Assembly (NCBI GenBank): GCA_009103225.1
Contig: RHPI01002069.1
Coordinates: forward strand, 2,132,846 to 2,196,845
Direction of reading: 5' to 3'
DNA length: 64,000 bases
Source: Chlorokybus atmophyticus
Taxonomy: Eukaryota > Plantae > Mesostigma and Chlorokybus algae
Part shown: piece by piece, positions 43,780-55,149 of the stretch
Position numbering within the stretch: position 1 is the stretch's first letter
Layout: every line of letters starts with the position of its first letter
Program-made: the position numbers and the translations under genes
The notes under the pieces: model-generated
The model's database searches: none
Seen by the model: only the letters and a program-made list of their open reading frames with translations
What the model was told of the DNA's origin: nothing

Positions 43780-44720
43780 AGACAAGGCTCCTCCTACTCT
43801 AGTTCACGCGCACTTAGTTCACTACAAAGGACCCTTAAGGCCCCCGCAAGTGCTCTAAGAGGTAGGTTTAAATTAATCAACCGACGGAGAGCTTGCTGAG
43901 AACTATTTCGGCCAAAGCCAATTACCAGATTGCCCAAACTCGCTTAGATCACAAATCCCCGCGGCAACTAGGGTTACTAGCCTTCTTGCACCCAATATAG
44001 ATTTTCAGCACAAATTCCTCCTGACATGATGGGAGGCGGCGCGGTGCATGCGTCGCGTGCAAGCGCTGCCGCTACGGGCCTTTTTCATGCCTTAGCCATT
44101 TTGCGATGCGACGCATCGCGATTATGAATTAATACTTAATTCACTTGTGAACTATTATTTTTCATCAATCTCTTATTTGGCTGAAGGCCTCGCCCATCCT
44201 CCTCTTGCAAGGTAGGGTTCACTTTTAGTTCACTTGTGAATCAATGGTCAGACAATATCTAAAACCAAAACCCCTCTGTTTATGACAACCGCCGTTTTCA
44301 CGTGCGGTGATGGGACGCCGCACGGGCTCCCTGGCGTGCGCGCTCTATGCTAGCGGGCTAGGGACTTAGCCATTTCCGCGGCATCAGTCCTTCCAGCCGT
44401 GAACTATTGTTAGTTCACATATGGACTAGTTAGTTCATCAGTGAACTGATTAGTTCACCATGAATCAATTTAGCTGTTAGCTAATTCACTTAGTTCACTT
44501 GGGCGAGTGAATCAATTAATTCGCTTGTCGTGAACTCCCCGTAAATTAAGTTTGGTTCACTTTTGCGAATAGTTCACTGAACTATTTAGATCACCTGTTC
44601 ACGAATTTCATAATCCACATAATACCCCTTCTCCCAAATGGCTAATCACTATTCGCCCTTGTTGCGAATTGCGACCTAGCTATGTCGTAAATGAACTATT
44701 GTTTAGTTCATTCATGAACT
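43780..44720. repeat. Dense array of AGTTCAC/GTGAACT motifs, many as inverted dyads (probable transposon or solo-LTR interior)
   Basis: At least 10 exact copies plus many one-mismatch variants; dyads at 44399-44418, 44441-44458 and 44692-44710. Confidence 0.7.
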
Positions 44721-45374
44721 AATATCTACTCGCGCGCCATGCCTTCCTACCTTCAAGAGTAGTACCCGCGTTAATTTAATCGCGGGCACTTAGCCCTACG
44801 AAGGAGGCGCCCGCGACATTTCCAGCCCCCAATTGAGCCAACGGGCGCCGGAAAACGGCCCAATTCCTATGTAATCGAATTCGCTAATTCGGTAAATCGA
44901 TCTCTAGGTAGGCGGCATTACGCTATTCAATTTTCGGTGCATTGATTCATGCACTTAGTCCAAATAGGCTGCCTTGGATAGCCTCAAATGAACCTTATAA
45001 TCACACATGCTTGTTCCTAGGATTTTTACAAGTGAGCGATCCCATAAATCCGCCTCACCCTATTACATCACAGTATTCTAGGTCATGTGCTTTTATCTTC
45101 CTATGCAAGACGCCCATACATACAAGAATAGGGTAGTTCTTGATCTAACCATATTAGATTGAAAAGCAAATAAATGCATCCTAAATAGCCGGGTTCTAAT
45201 TAGCAATTACACGTATTCGTGTTAAGCTTCAACACAAACACATGTATTCAATGAAAGCATTACAAATAAAAAAAAAGATGTTAACCCAAGTTTAATTACA
45301 CTTTTGTCTCATTGCTAATTAAACTTCTTTACACAGCGACTGCCTAGGTAGTGTGATGTCATGCTGACGTATGC

Positions 45375-45545
45375 ACGTGAAACCCTAACGACTAAGCGGC
45401 TGCCGAGTGATGACAGTGCGTTAAGTGAGCTGGCGGCGGCAGGGGGAGAGAGGGGGGAGTTCGTTGAGTCTGCTGCTGTCGTGGACGCTGCAAGGCTGAC
45501 CGCTAACCACAGCCGTGCCGCAGGTGATAATGGAACATACATGTA
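45375..45545 (+). repeat. Telo-box plus GC-rich segment X', homolog of 38385-38560
   Basis: See 38385-38560; AAACCCTAA at about 45379. Confidence 0.6.
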
Positions 45546-46751
45546 TGCATGACTAACGGGGTAGCCAAGTAATGGTAGTTGAGTGCGTTAGAAGTACCTA
45601 GCTCGGTGGTGAAATAGCACTGTGACTGCTGCTGACTGTTTGCTTGCGGCGTGTGCATGACTACATGCATGTCTTATGCTTATGACCCCTTCCATGCGGT
45701 CTTATCAGAACTCCATCTATTGTACACTGTACATGGGCTAGCTATTCAGCTACCCGTAATGCATGGCTTAGTAAAAATTTCGCTTTCATCGTACGCACTC
45801 ACTTGTTAACAAAGCATTTAACGGCTGAAAATGATGACATTTGCCTTATGTATTCCTCGTGACCACAGGACAACATCATTACTTCTGTACGTCAGTTACT
45901 GGATGTCGTTTAACAACGTTAAGTGATAGTGTCAACCACCATGCAACATGTGGGTATGTTATCAACCGCCTAATGCATGCAATTATCAGGCGACAACCTT
46001 GCCCAACATCAGGTGATTGATGAGCCATCATATAATGGTGTACAAAAGGTGTATGCTGCTTTTCGGCCTAAACTGGGACATGCATTGGTGCACAAGTCGC
46101 ATGCAACATCAATTACTCTCTCCACATATCAACACACTGCTAGTTTACGACCACCAGGTTTATACACTACATTTCACTACCACATGCATGCTTGCATGAC
46201 CAACAGGGTGGGGTCAGAGTAGAGTTGGGAAGGTAGGTAGCCCGGCGGTCAAACATGTGTGAAGTAGGTGAGTATGTATGTTGTTAACATGCATTGTACA
46301 TCATGCTCAAACGTATGTGCTGCGCTATTGCATGCACGCAATAGCGTCTTCCATTTCTTATACACTATCACTACCTAGCCTACCCGTTGGACATGCATGT
46401 TCATGTGTTCATCTTCAGTTACCTGCCCACATGGGCGGTTGTTAGTCGTTTGTTGGTCATGACAAGCATGGCTGCGGCAAGGACGACAACTCCCTCCCAC
46501 CTGCACCTCCGCTCCCTCGCCCCCGCCAACATCTGTGTCTCACAGCCCATGCTGCGCCGCAGCTCGTGTAGTCGATTATTCAAAAATGCTTACATGCTCT
46601 GCTCGTGCTCTTAACATAAAATCTGCGTGGCACCATTCATCAAACACTATCACATCAACCAGTACAGGCACAACACATACACGGTGTCCATGCCTACACC
46701 AACATCATCACAACACCCACCACCTACAAGTAGGCTACGTGCAGTGTCTGC

Positions 46752-47400
46752 CTATATTGCTCCAGCGAGCGCCACGTCCGCCTCCGCCGTAGGACGCACC
46801 GCCTGCAGGGGGCTCCAGCCCGGCGCCGCCGCCACCACCGCCGCCCCCCCCCCCCCCCCCCNNNNNNNNNNNNNNNNNNNNNNNNNNNNNNNNNNNNNNN
46901 NNNNNNNNNNNNNNNNNNNNNNNNNNNNNNNNNNNNNNNNNNNNNNNNNNNNNNNNNNNNNNNNNNNNNNNNNNNCCCCCCCCCCCCCCCTCTGTCCAGA
47001 CGGCGGCGCCAACGGCGGAAGCGGACGCTGTGCTGGCGGCTGCGGCAGTGTAGTTGTGTAGGCGTGCTTGCATGCCGCTGGCATGCGTGTAAGTATGCTT
47101 GTGCAGTGATAGGCAGGGATGACAGTACGTAGCTTGGTGTGACGATGTTGCATACTAGTGTATCTATAAAAAAAAACCCTCGAGCAGGGCCATCCCTTGC
47201 GCCCGTTGCAGTGCGCATGCCACGCGCTGCCTGAAGAGGGCTACGTACCCACCCAGTCGCACCAGCGCAAGCCCCGCCCGTGGACTGCCTGACGCGCGCA
47301 CCTGTTGATGACCGTGTTGAAGGCGTCACCGAGCGTGCCGTGTGTCTCCGCTGCCAGGAGGAAGAACTCACCAGGCACCATTTGCAAGATGCTATGCGGG
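46752..47400 (-). mobile_element. Non-LTR retrotransposon 3' end (RLE C-terminus), copy 2, interrupted by copy 3 and a gap
   Basis: GEFFLLAAETHGTLGDAFNTVINRCARQAVHGRG, (frameshift) LALVRLGGYVALFRQRVACALQRAQGMALLEG | insertion | GAAVVAAAPGWSPLQAVRPTAEADVALAGAI*. The ETxGxLG..LQR pattern is typical of RLE C-termini of CRE/NeSL/Dualen-type elements. Confidence 0.7.
46991..47176 (+). mobile_element. Poly(A)-tailed 3' fragment of the same family (copy 3), inserted antisense inside copy 2
   Basis: QTAAPTAEADAVLAAAAV* (46997-47053) matches the TAE.D.VL..A tail of copies 1 and 2, followed by about 115 nt of UTR and A9 (47168-47176) abutting CCCTCGAG of copy 2. Confidence 0.65.
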
Positions 47401-47829
47401 TCCAACGACTATCGATGATGCGTCCAACCCAAACAGTTATAGCAAAAAGGTCATAACATGACAGTGTGACAAGCGATAGAACAACTACTATTGACAGGTG
47501 GCTGTGCATGCCTGCTGCCAGTGGTTGACAATCAAAAGTTTTTACAGCACAGAACCAGCAATGCAACACCACAGCACTATACTTCATATGTGCATAACAG
47601 GAAAAGTCGCATAACGCGGGCACATCATAAGCTCACACTGCACACAGCCACATGGCGAATGCTCCCAACATGCCAAGACTATACACTATACAAGTTCCCT
47701 ATCTACATACCATCAGCAATACAAGCCTGCTAGCCATCACCTGACTTGATATAGCCTGACACCTCCTGTCTGTCATAGTGCGAGTGCGAAGGTTGGAGTG
47801 CGAACCAAGTTGGGCACAAAGACGTCACA

Positions 47830-48956
47830 ACATCTCGCCCAGGCCAGCTGACATCAACTCTTCTTGATCCTCCTTGCTTAGAGGCGCCATCTTCAAGCCA
47901 GCATCCTGGTTGCGTGCAGGGGTCAGTTGTTGTGCCATGTACTCCTCGCTGGATTATACAACTTGCCCGAGTGCAATAGACAGAATCTGACACACTTGGC
48001 ATCATGCCAAGTTTGATGGCACTGAAGCGCTAAGTACGCAATCATAGCGTAACATGCGGTCAGCAATGTTCAGAATCAGATCTATAACAGAGCAGCAACA
48101 GATTGCACCGTACCTCCGCTGCTGCGCTCTGAGAGTCGTACTGCTGGTCATGGTGATGCTGCGCTTCATGATGTTCGTCCTGATCAGCCTCGCAAAACAC
48201 CAGCGCAAGCCCGCAGCCAATAAGTTCCTCCTCGTCCTTTTTTCTCTGCTCCTCCTTGTCCATCTGCGACCCGTCAGTGAGACCTTCTGAGTGTAACCAT
48301 AGCCAGCGACTCAGTGACTTATGAGCCCTTCATCACAAATGTGTAAAGCACGTACAGCCTTGCATGCATGAACTGCAAGTTGTTGCTGGCAGCGATATGT
48401 CATATGCGCCCCAATGTTATGCAGAAAGACCTGGAAACTGTCAACGTGCACGCTTGTGTTGGATTGAACGCAGGAAACCCAGCGAAAATGAGAAGGCTGC
48501 CTGCACAGCACACTTCTACCTCATGTCCGTCGGAGGCCAATATCGCGTGCATGTGCAAACGCTGATGACTCTGTACCCCCTGCGCCTGAATTGACTACCC
48601 TGAAGGATGAATATACCAGCACACACACATACACGCACGGACACATGCGCACGCAAACTGCGTAGTACAGTGGTAGCTTGTGTTCATGAACTCTTCATTA
48701 AGCAACAATCACGCACTCACACAAATATTGCCAAGCAACAAGCGAGGCTGTTGCTGTTTCTGTCAGCCTTAGCAAGGCACGTACCTTATATGTGCGCACA
48801 CGCGTATGTGCGGTTTTAAACGAAGACAGGCGGCACGAGTGCGGAGCAGGCGACGGCGGCCAGCACGACAATGGAGCACAGCAGCGACGACACCAGAAGC
48901 GCCGACGACAGCACCGCTACGCCCAGCAGCGCCTTCAACCAAGCCGCGCTCGCCAT
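47830..48956 (-). CDS. Hypothetical multi-exon gene with an N-terminal hydrophobic segment; exon structure uncertain
   Basis: MASAAWLKALLGVAVLSSALLVSSLLCSIVVLAAVACSAL, then GT-AG-bounded segments (48520-48585; 48110-48263 MDKEEQRKKDEEELIG..); the last exon is ambiguous. Confidence 0.3.
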
Positions 48957-51356
48957 CAAAGAGGATAAAGACAACAAAGACCTTTCTCCGCTCACCACTC
49001 AGAGCGTCTCAGGTTCTCCCCGTGAAGCTTGCTGAGGCGGCGGCGCAGGCGGCCAGAGCTGTCCTCTCAATGCAGTGCTGCTGCGTTGAGAGCTACAGAA
49101 AAGGCGCGCAAACGCAGAGGCGTAACGGATCACGCCCTTCTGGCTTTTCGCAGCACACAGCACACTGATGTGACGTCCACAGTGACAAACTGCGTCACAT
49201 CAGATGTCTCAACATGAATAACACACATCGGATGTCTTACCAAGAGTAACGTGTAGCCTGTGTTGCCTGCAGGCACATGCGAGGAAGAGAGAGCACAAGT
49301 ACCTGAAAGGTGTGGATGGGTTTCTCTCACATCAAGGGCATTTTCTCTTAGTTGAGTTTGTGGAACTATGTAACTATAAAAAGTGGTCACATGATGAATC
49401 ATGTATATTGTAATTGTGTACGTGTCGCGAACATAACACAAATTTATCAATAAAACCGCTGATCAACACGCTTAACGTCAAGTTGTATATGCGCAAGTCG
49501 ATCATATCATTCCTTATTAGCTAGCCTTGTGGTGAATAGTCGCGTATAAAAGCTTGTTATCGACGTAATGAATCATTATTAATATAGTGCATAAACAATT
49601 ATAAAAATGCAAAGTATGGCACTTTGTGAATGAAATCTTCATTGTTGCAATTTCAACAAAAACCATGCCACAATTGCATTAATGATTGTTAACATAAGCT
49701 TTAATTGGCTGCACGTGTAAAGCTCAAGCACTCAAGATCAAAAGCGATGTGCACATAAGCACGTAAGAGCTACTTGAGAATTTGGGTCACGTGCAAACGT
49801 GCATAGGGTATAAGTCACATTTTACACATGCATTCCGACCACTCACATGCCACAACATCAAGTAGGTCAAGTGTGCATGTGGCCCCGACAACACACAATA
49901 GTAGATAGCACAAGCAAGGACAGACTCAAGTGGGGGACAAAGTAGAACCTTGCGCCTAACCTAGCTACACTCCACTAGACTTTAACACAGGCATTAAAAA
50001 ACCGACTTTTAGGCAGCAGAAGGGCAAGGCAAAGCATAAGGTATAATGATGGTTGTGCTCAGCCTGATGGCAAAAATAATGACCGCAGAGACAACAAAAG
50101 CACGCACGCACACGCGCACGCACATGCATGCGCACGTGCACACATTTTGTTGACTTGCATACAGGCTATGCATGCTGCATGTTTTGTACACGTGTTTCCC
50201 CTTGCACACACACGTAAGAGCATGGGTGGGACTGGGCAGCAGATCACATATATAACACCTCCATTATCATTCACATGTACGTGTCAAGTGTTCGTGCTGC
50301 ACCATGCCTAACCGCACACCTTACACACAACCACACGTCCATGCCAAGCTACGTGAGCGCATCGTCCGCCTCTATTGTTGGAAGGCCTTGAGCCACTACA
50401 ACTGTGGGCGTTAACAGGCAGAGCAGGCATGCGCAAAATGCACACGAGAATCACATTGGCGAGCGTAATCCATTCATGTGATAGTGCATTGCAACTTTAT
50501 TCGGCTGTTGACCATGTTTGATGACGCAGTAACTATAGCGTGTAATCAATTAGCGTTAAAGGGTAGAGTGGATCAGTTAGAACGAGGGTGAGTAGTGGCG
50601 GCATGTGTTTGGGGTATGGGGCCTGCCCCGACTTCGTACCGCCAAAAACGCGGCCGTTTTAACCATTAATTGTGCCGCAATTGCACCAAATCCCTAGCAA
50701 TTTTGGGTCGCCGTTGGTAAGCGGTTGCCGCTGAGATATTTTTCAGCATCTTTTAAGCATGTTTGCAATGATTGGCCATTTCGCTGCCTTTTTGAGCAAC
50801 TGGCTGTTGTCACCGTTGCGATCCCATTTGATCAATCTCATGCGTGACCAAATGGTGGCCTAACGATGCAATTTTTCGTTTAGTTGAATCTTAACGTTAA
50901 GGTAATTCAGGTTAGCATTATTTTGACGGTTGTAACCTCGGCATTACTTACTGAGTATCGCAGCACGTACCGTGGCGTGAACGTTACGTTGATTATTAAG
51001 TTTTGAAACACTTAACAGCATTTGCTAATCATATGGCACCATATTGCACCATATTGCAGCATGTTTATCAATATCATTAATGTAACACATTAAAATTATC
51101 AACATGCAGCCATAAGCGGCCACGTATGCAGAATTGTGCTTATTTTTACATTTATTGGCATGCGCTTAAATAATTAGATGTGCTTCGGACGGCCAGGATC
51201 GTGTTTGAGTAGATCTAACGGTGTAACGCTTGTTCTCGCCGCCTAGCCAGGCGAGCCGCACATACTGCCGCGCAGCCCGGCAGTCGCGGGTGCCGTGTGA
51301 TGGCCATAGCGCGGGATGTATGTAGGTTGAATGCCGACAGCCCGGCCCGACCAATA

Positions 51357-52147
51357 GGCGTGATGGGCGTAATGAATAATCTGCGCTTATAGCATATATA
51401 TGCTCTTAACGTTCAAGAGCATATTATGCTCTTAGTCGCCAAGAGCACACGGTTTTTGAGGATAACAGTATGCTCTTACAAAAAGGTAGACTATATAGTC
51501 TACCCCCGTTAAAAGACTACGGTTTATGAAAATAAACCCGTTGAGATCATAGATTTGCAAAAATCCAATGCTTGTACAGGCCAATATCATCGATAGGGGA
51601 GTAGTTTTGTGCGCTATAAGACTACAACGAAGGGTTAGAATTTTGTGTGAGCTCAGTCTTGTTACGGGGGAATACCTCGTTAACGGCATGTTTATTTTAA
51701 AAATTATAAGCATACACATATTACAAGACTCATATATAGATACGTACATAATTACTTTATTATTGACTATTGTTAATTTAACTTATGCCACGTTAAAACA
51801 TAATGACGTGGCTTACGGTTATTTTGCAATACCCCTGTTAGTAAAATATATTATGTAAAAAATAAAACAGTATATATTATTGTAAACGCCAAGAGAATAA
51901 CCCCGTTGATAAAATGAATGATACACGTGATTTTTATAGCGAGATAGACTGTACAGTTAAGGTACATAGTGGTACGTACTTAATTACATAAAAACATGTA
52001 TTGTACAGTCTACCCCTTTCAAAAACATGCTGTTTGTTTTCAAAGATAGTTTGCTCCTGGCGGGGTTATGCTCTTGGCGTTAAAAAGAGCATAATATGCT
52101 CTTAAACATTAAAAGCATTTGTATGCTATAAAGCAGCCCATCACGCC
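51357..52147. mobile_element. Foldback/MITE-like AT-rich element with long imperfect terminal inverted arms
   Basis: Left arm 51381-51446 (CTGCGCTTATAGCATATATATGCTCTTAACGTTCAAGAGCATATTATGCTCTT..CGCCAAGAGCA) matches the reverse complement of 52069-52136; outer GGCGTGATGGG/CCCATCACGCC also inverted. No clear TSD. Confidence 0.65.
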
Positions 52148-52851
52148 CATTACATCACCCGCATTATGTCACGTATTATGCCATCACGCTCATGACGCTA
52201 ATTACGCATGACACTGTACCCATCACGCCTTGTCTATCACACTAATTACGCATGATGACACACCCGTCACGCGCTACTCCCTCAGTGTTAAGAATACGCA
52301 CACTGACATTTGCAAAAATGTCATGAAAAATAATATGCTCTTCGCGGTTAGTCATATTTTCTTAAGCACTAACATTACCCTGTAGAATCGTTGGTGATCT
52401 CAGAACGTATGCTGCAAGTGGGGTTATTCTCTTGGAGCAAAGTGTTTTAGCGGGGGTGGACTGTACAACGCACGCATGACGCATATGTGCACCGTGCATG
52501 TTGTGCTAAAAATGAATGGATTCTTTTATTCACTCGCATATACTTTGTGCAATTGCATAGTATGGGGATGTGCTTTGGAAGGTTGAGATTTGTTCAACAC
52601 AAATCGAATGGCTGAAAGCTGATAAACGTCGCATAGCCAATGAGAGGCAGGCAGGCTGCTCGGTATGCGCGGCAGGCATGTAGTCTCGAGTGCCGTGTGT
52701 GATGGCCCTCAGTGCGCGTGATGTGTCTTTGTGCCCTAATGCCGGCCTCCCGGCTGGCCGGCCAGCCCAATCCCGCCCAATCAGCCGCACCGCTAGTTTC
52801 AAGCAAACCATAATGATAATAGACGTGTCAAAAGCTTGCCAGATCACATAC

Positions 52852-53573
52852 TGTTACGGGAAGGTCCATTACATGACCACAAATCAACCATAAAAACACC
52901 AAGTCTTTTATGGTCGAGTGGGCCGTGACATGGTCATCGGAGCTTGAAACCCGGGTTCGATTCCTGCCTTGCACACGAATTCCGAGGTCGTTGTCTCGAT
53001 CCAGTAACATCGTAAATGGTCACTTCAAGTGCCATCCTCGATGGGTCGCGACGTGTGTAATGGCAGTCGCGTCGGCGTTCAGTCGGCGCGGCAGGACGCA
53101 ACCTGCCTGTTGCGATGCGACCTGTGGGGCCGGCAGCGCTATGCGCGAATCGACCGGTAAGGGCCTAGATTAGCCGGTTCTTGGCCATTGGGCCGGTGAT
53201 CGACCCTAACAAACCCCTGGGATGATTCCCCAGTTGAGCATGGGCAGCTGCCGAGGCCGTCAGCATTCATAACTTGGGGGAATGTAACGCGGAGGTACAG
53301 TAAATAACCACAAACCGACCATATAAGCACCAAGTCTTTTGTGGTCGAGTGGGCTGTGTGACGTTGGTATCGGAGCCTGAATTGGCCGGTCGTTGGCCGT
53401 GGGGCCGGTGACCGACCCTAACAAACCCCTAGGATGATTCCCTAGCTGAGCATGGGCAGCTGCCGAGGACGTCAGCGTTTTTAAGTGGGGGGAATGTAAC
53501 GGGAAGGTACAGTAAATAACCACAAATGGACCAAAAAAGCGCCAAGTCTTTTATGGTTGCGTGGACTGTGACA
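52852..53573 (+). mobile_element. Tandem-array TRIM (three LTRs, two internal regions) with ~79-bp LTRs
   Basis: LTR1 52852-52930, LTR2 53283-53363, LTR3 53495-53573 (TGT(T/A)ACG...GTGAC(A/G)); PBS TGGT(C)ATCGGAGC after LTR1 and LTR2; PPT GGGGG(G)AA before LTR2 and LTR3; TSD CATAC at 52847-52851 and 53574-53578. Confidence 0.9.
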
Positions 53574-53901
53574 CATACAGCAAATAAATGCAACGAGGGT
53601 GCAAAGAAACAAAGTGCCAACACAGCAGCAGTTGCATTGATTGAATTTGGGGGGCCCGGACTAGTGCTTGAAGCACTGCACCTGTTAGGCTATTGTATAT
53701 GACGACCCACATGCAATGTAAGGCAGGCCAAACAGCAAACAGGGCAGTTGGCATAGAAGGCAAGTAGGGACCATCTGAGCAGCCGCGGCATGGGTGTCAG
53801 GCCTGGTCCAGCATCCTCACAAAGCACTGTGATAACGATAACGATGCAGACGACTGACCGGGCCCCGCCGCTACTGCACTGTGTCGGTAGTTTTATATCT
53901 A

Positions 53902-54065
53902 CCGTGTTTGCCCAAATACAACAACCACCATTGATTTTCCCGGGGGCGGGGGGGGCTTTGTTGAACACCCCCCTTTTACGGGCAAAAGAGTGCCCTAATA
54001 CATCCCCCCTCGTTATTATTTCGGGGGGGGCTTTGTTTGTGGGGCGTGTGTTCGGGCGAATACGG
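53902..54065. mobile_element. Tc1/mariner (Tc2/pogo-like) MITE, 164 bp
   Basis: TA flanks at 53900-01 and 54066-67; left CCGTGTTTGCCCAAATAC versus reverse complement of right CCGTATTCGCCCGAACAC. Confidence 0.78.
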
Positions 54066-54375
54066 TAGCATCAGAAAAAGATTGCAGCCAATTGGGCTGT
54101 GAGATGTTGTGCCCATAGTAGCCGTTGATTTGTCAGTCCACAAAACACATAGCATTGCAGATCCACAGCATCATGTCCGCGCAAGCACCGTCAGCATCAC
54201 AAGCATATATGGTATATTCACTTGATGTCGGAGGTTTTTAAGCCTATAAGTTTTTCTACGTTGTTTTTTTGGCAGCAGAGTATGCATGCTTCTTGAAGCT
54301 GAGGTGTTTTTGTACACGGCGGTATTTAATTTTTTATTTTTGAACAAGTGACGCGCCATCGGCGGTGCGCTCAAG

Positions 54376-55002
54376 TAGGGTGGCTTTGGGTTTCCGCAAA
54401 AGTGGAGTTGACCCTAATTTCGGAAGTATCACACTACTTTCTAAGCTATCTACGTATTTGACAGATCTCCTACGGTATCAAGAGACTAATTCTTAATAGT
54501 TAAGCAGGTGGTGACCTTATGCATCATTTTGTGGCCGCCACCAGCATTTCGGGCGGCCTAGATTGGATATAACAATCATACCGCCGTGGTGCCCATAACT
54601 CTGTGTAGGGGCACTTGTAGGGTAGATCACTTGAAGTGGATTAAGTTTGGGTGTACCGCCGCAAATGATGTAAAACTTGGAAACTTACTTCTATATAACT
54701 AGAGCATTTTGTAGCGCTTAACGCCACCCAAGTTGGTGAAGTATTGCAAAAGTTGTCATCAACCCTAGCGTTGTGGAAAATAGGGTTACAAATGGTAAAA
54801 GTTGACATTCAATCGATAATACGGTACTCGCGCAGTACATGGTCGTTCAAGCCGGTCTTTAGTTTGTTACATAGCTCTTAATGAGCTCTATCATCCCTAT
54901 ATATACTTCACTATAATCGGACATTGCATGCGCCGTCCAGCTCACCCCAAGTACCCATTCACGAAAGTAGGGTCAACTCCGAAATTAGGCGAATTTACCC
55001 TA
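54376..55002. mobile_element. Non-autonomous DNA transposon with TAGGGT..ACCCTA termini and a 4-bp TSD (Academ-like)
   Basis: CAAG|TAGGGT at 54372-54381 and ACCCTA|CAAG at 54997-55006; subterminal GGAGTTGACCCTA(A/C)TTTCG inverted at 54404 and about 54964-54980. Confidence 0.65.
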
Positions 55003-55149
55003 CAAGCACATATCAAGCACAAGCAAGCGATAGGCCCTTAGGACCTGCATACGTGCTTGGCTGTACCATGCACTGCACACATGCTATCTTGTAATACTAC
55101 ACACAGGCATATACACCATAATGTACAAGTGATAAATAAAAGGCGGTCA

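Noticed and set aside
43401-45234. Solo LTR bounded by TGTTGA..TCAACA
   Set aside because: Flanks (TGTAA versus CAAAC) give no target-site duplication.
50550-51130. Possible DNA transposon with palindromic TTAACGTTAA motifs
   Set aside because: No convincing pair of termini or TSD found.
52900-52975. tRNA gene or tRNA-derived SINE (A-box-like TGGTCGAGTGG, B-box-like GGTTCGATTCC)
   Set aside because: No acceptor stem or cloverleaf can be formed; the sequence is better explained as a TRIM LTR end, PBS and internal region.
52852-53573. CRISPR-like or other repeat-spacer array
   Set aside because: Eukaryotic context, no cas genes, long shared internal segments, and LTR, PBS, PPT and TSD hallmarks.
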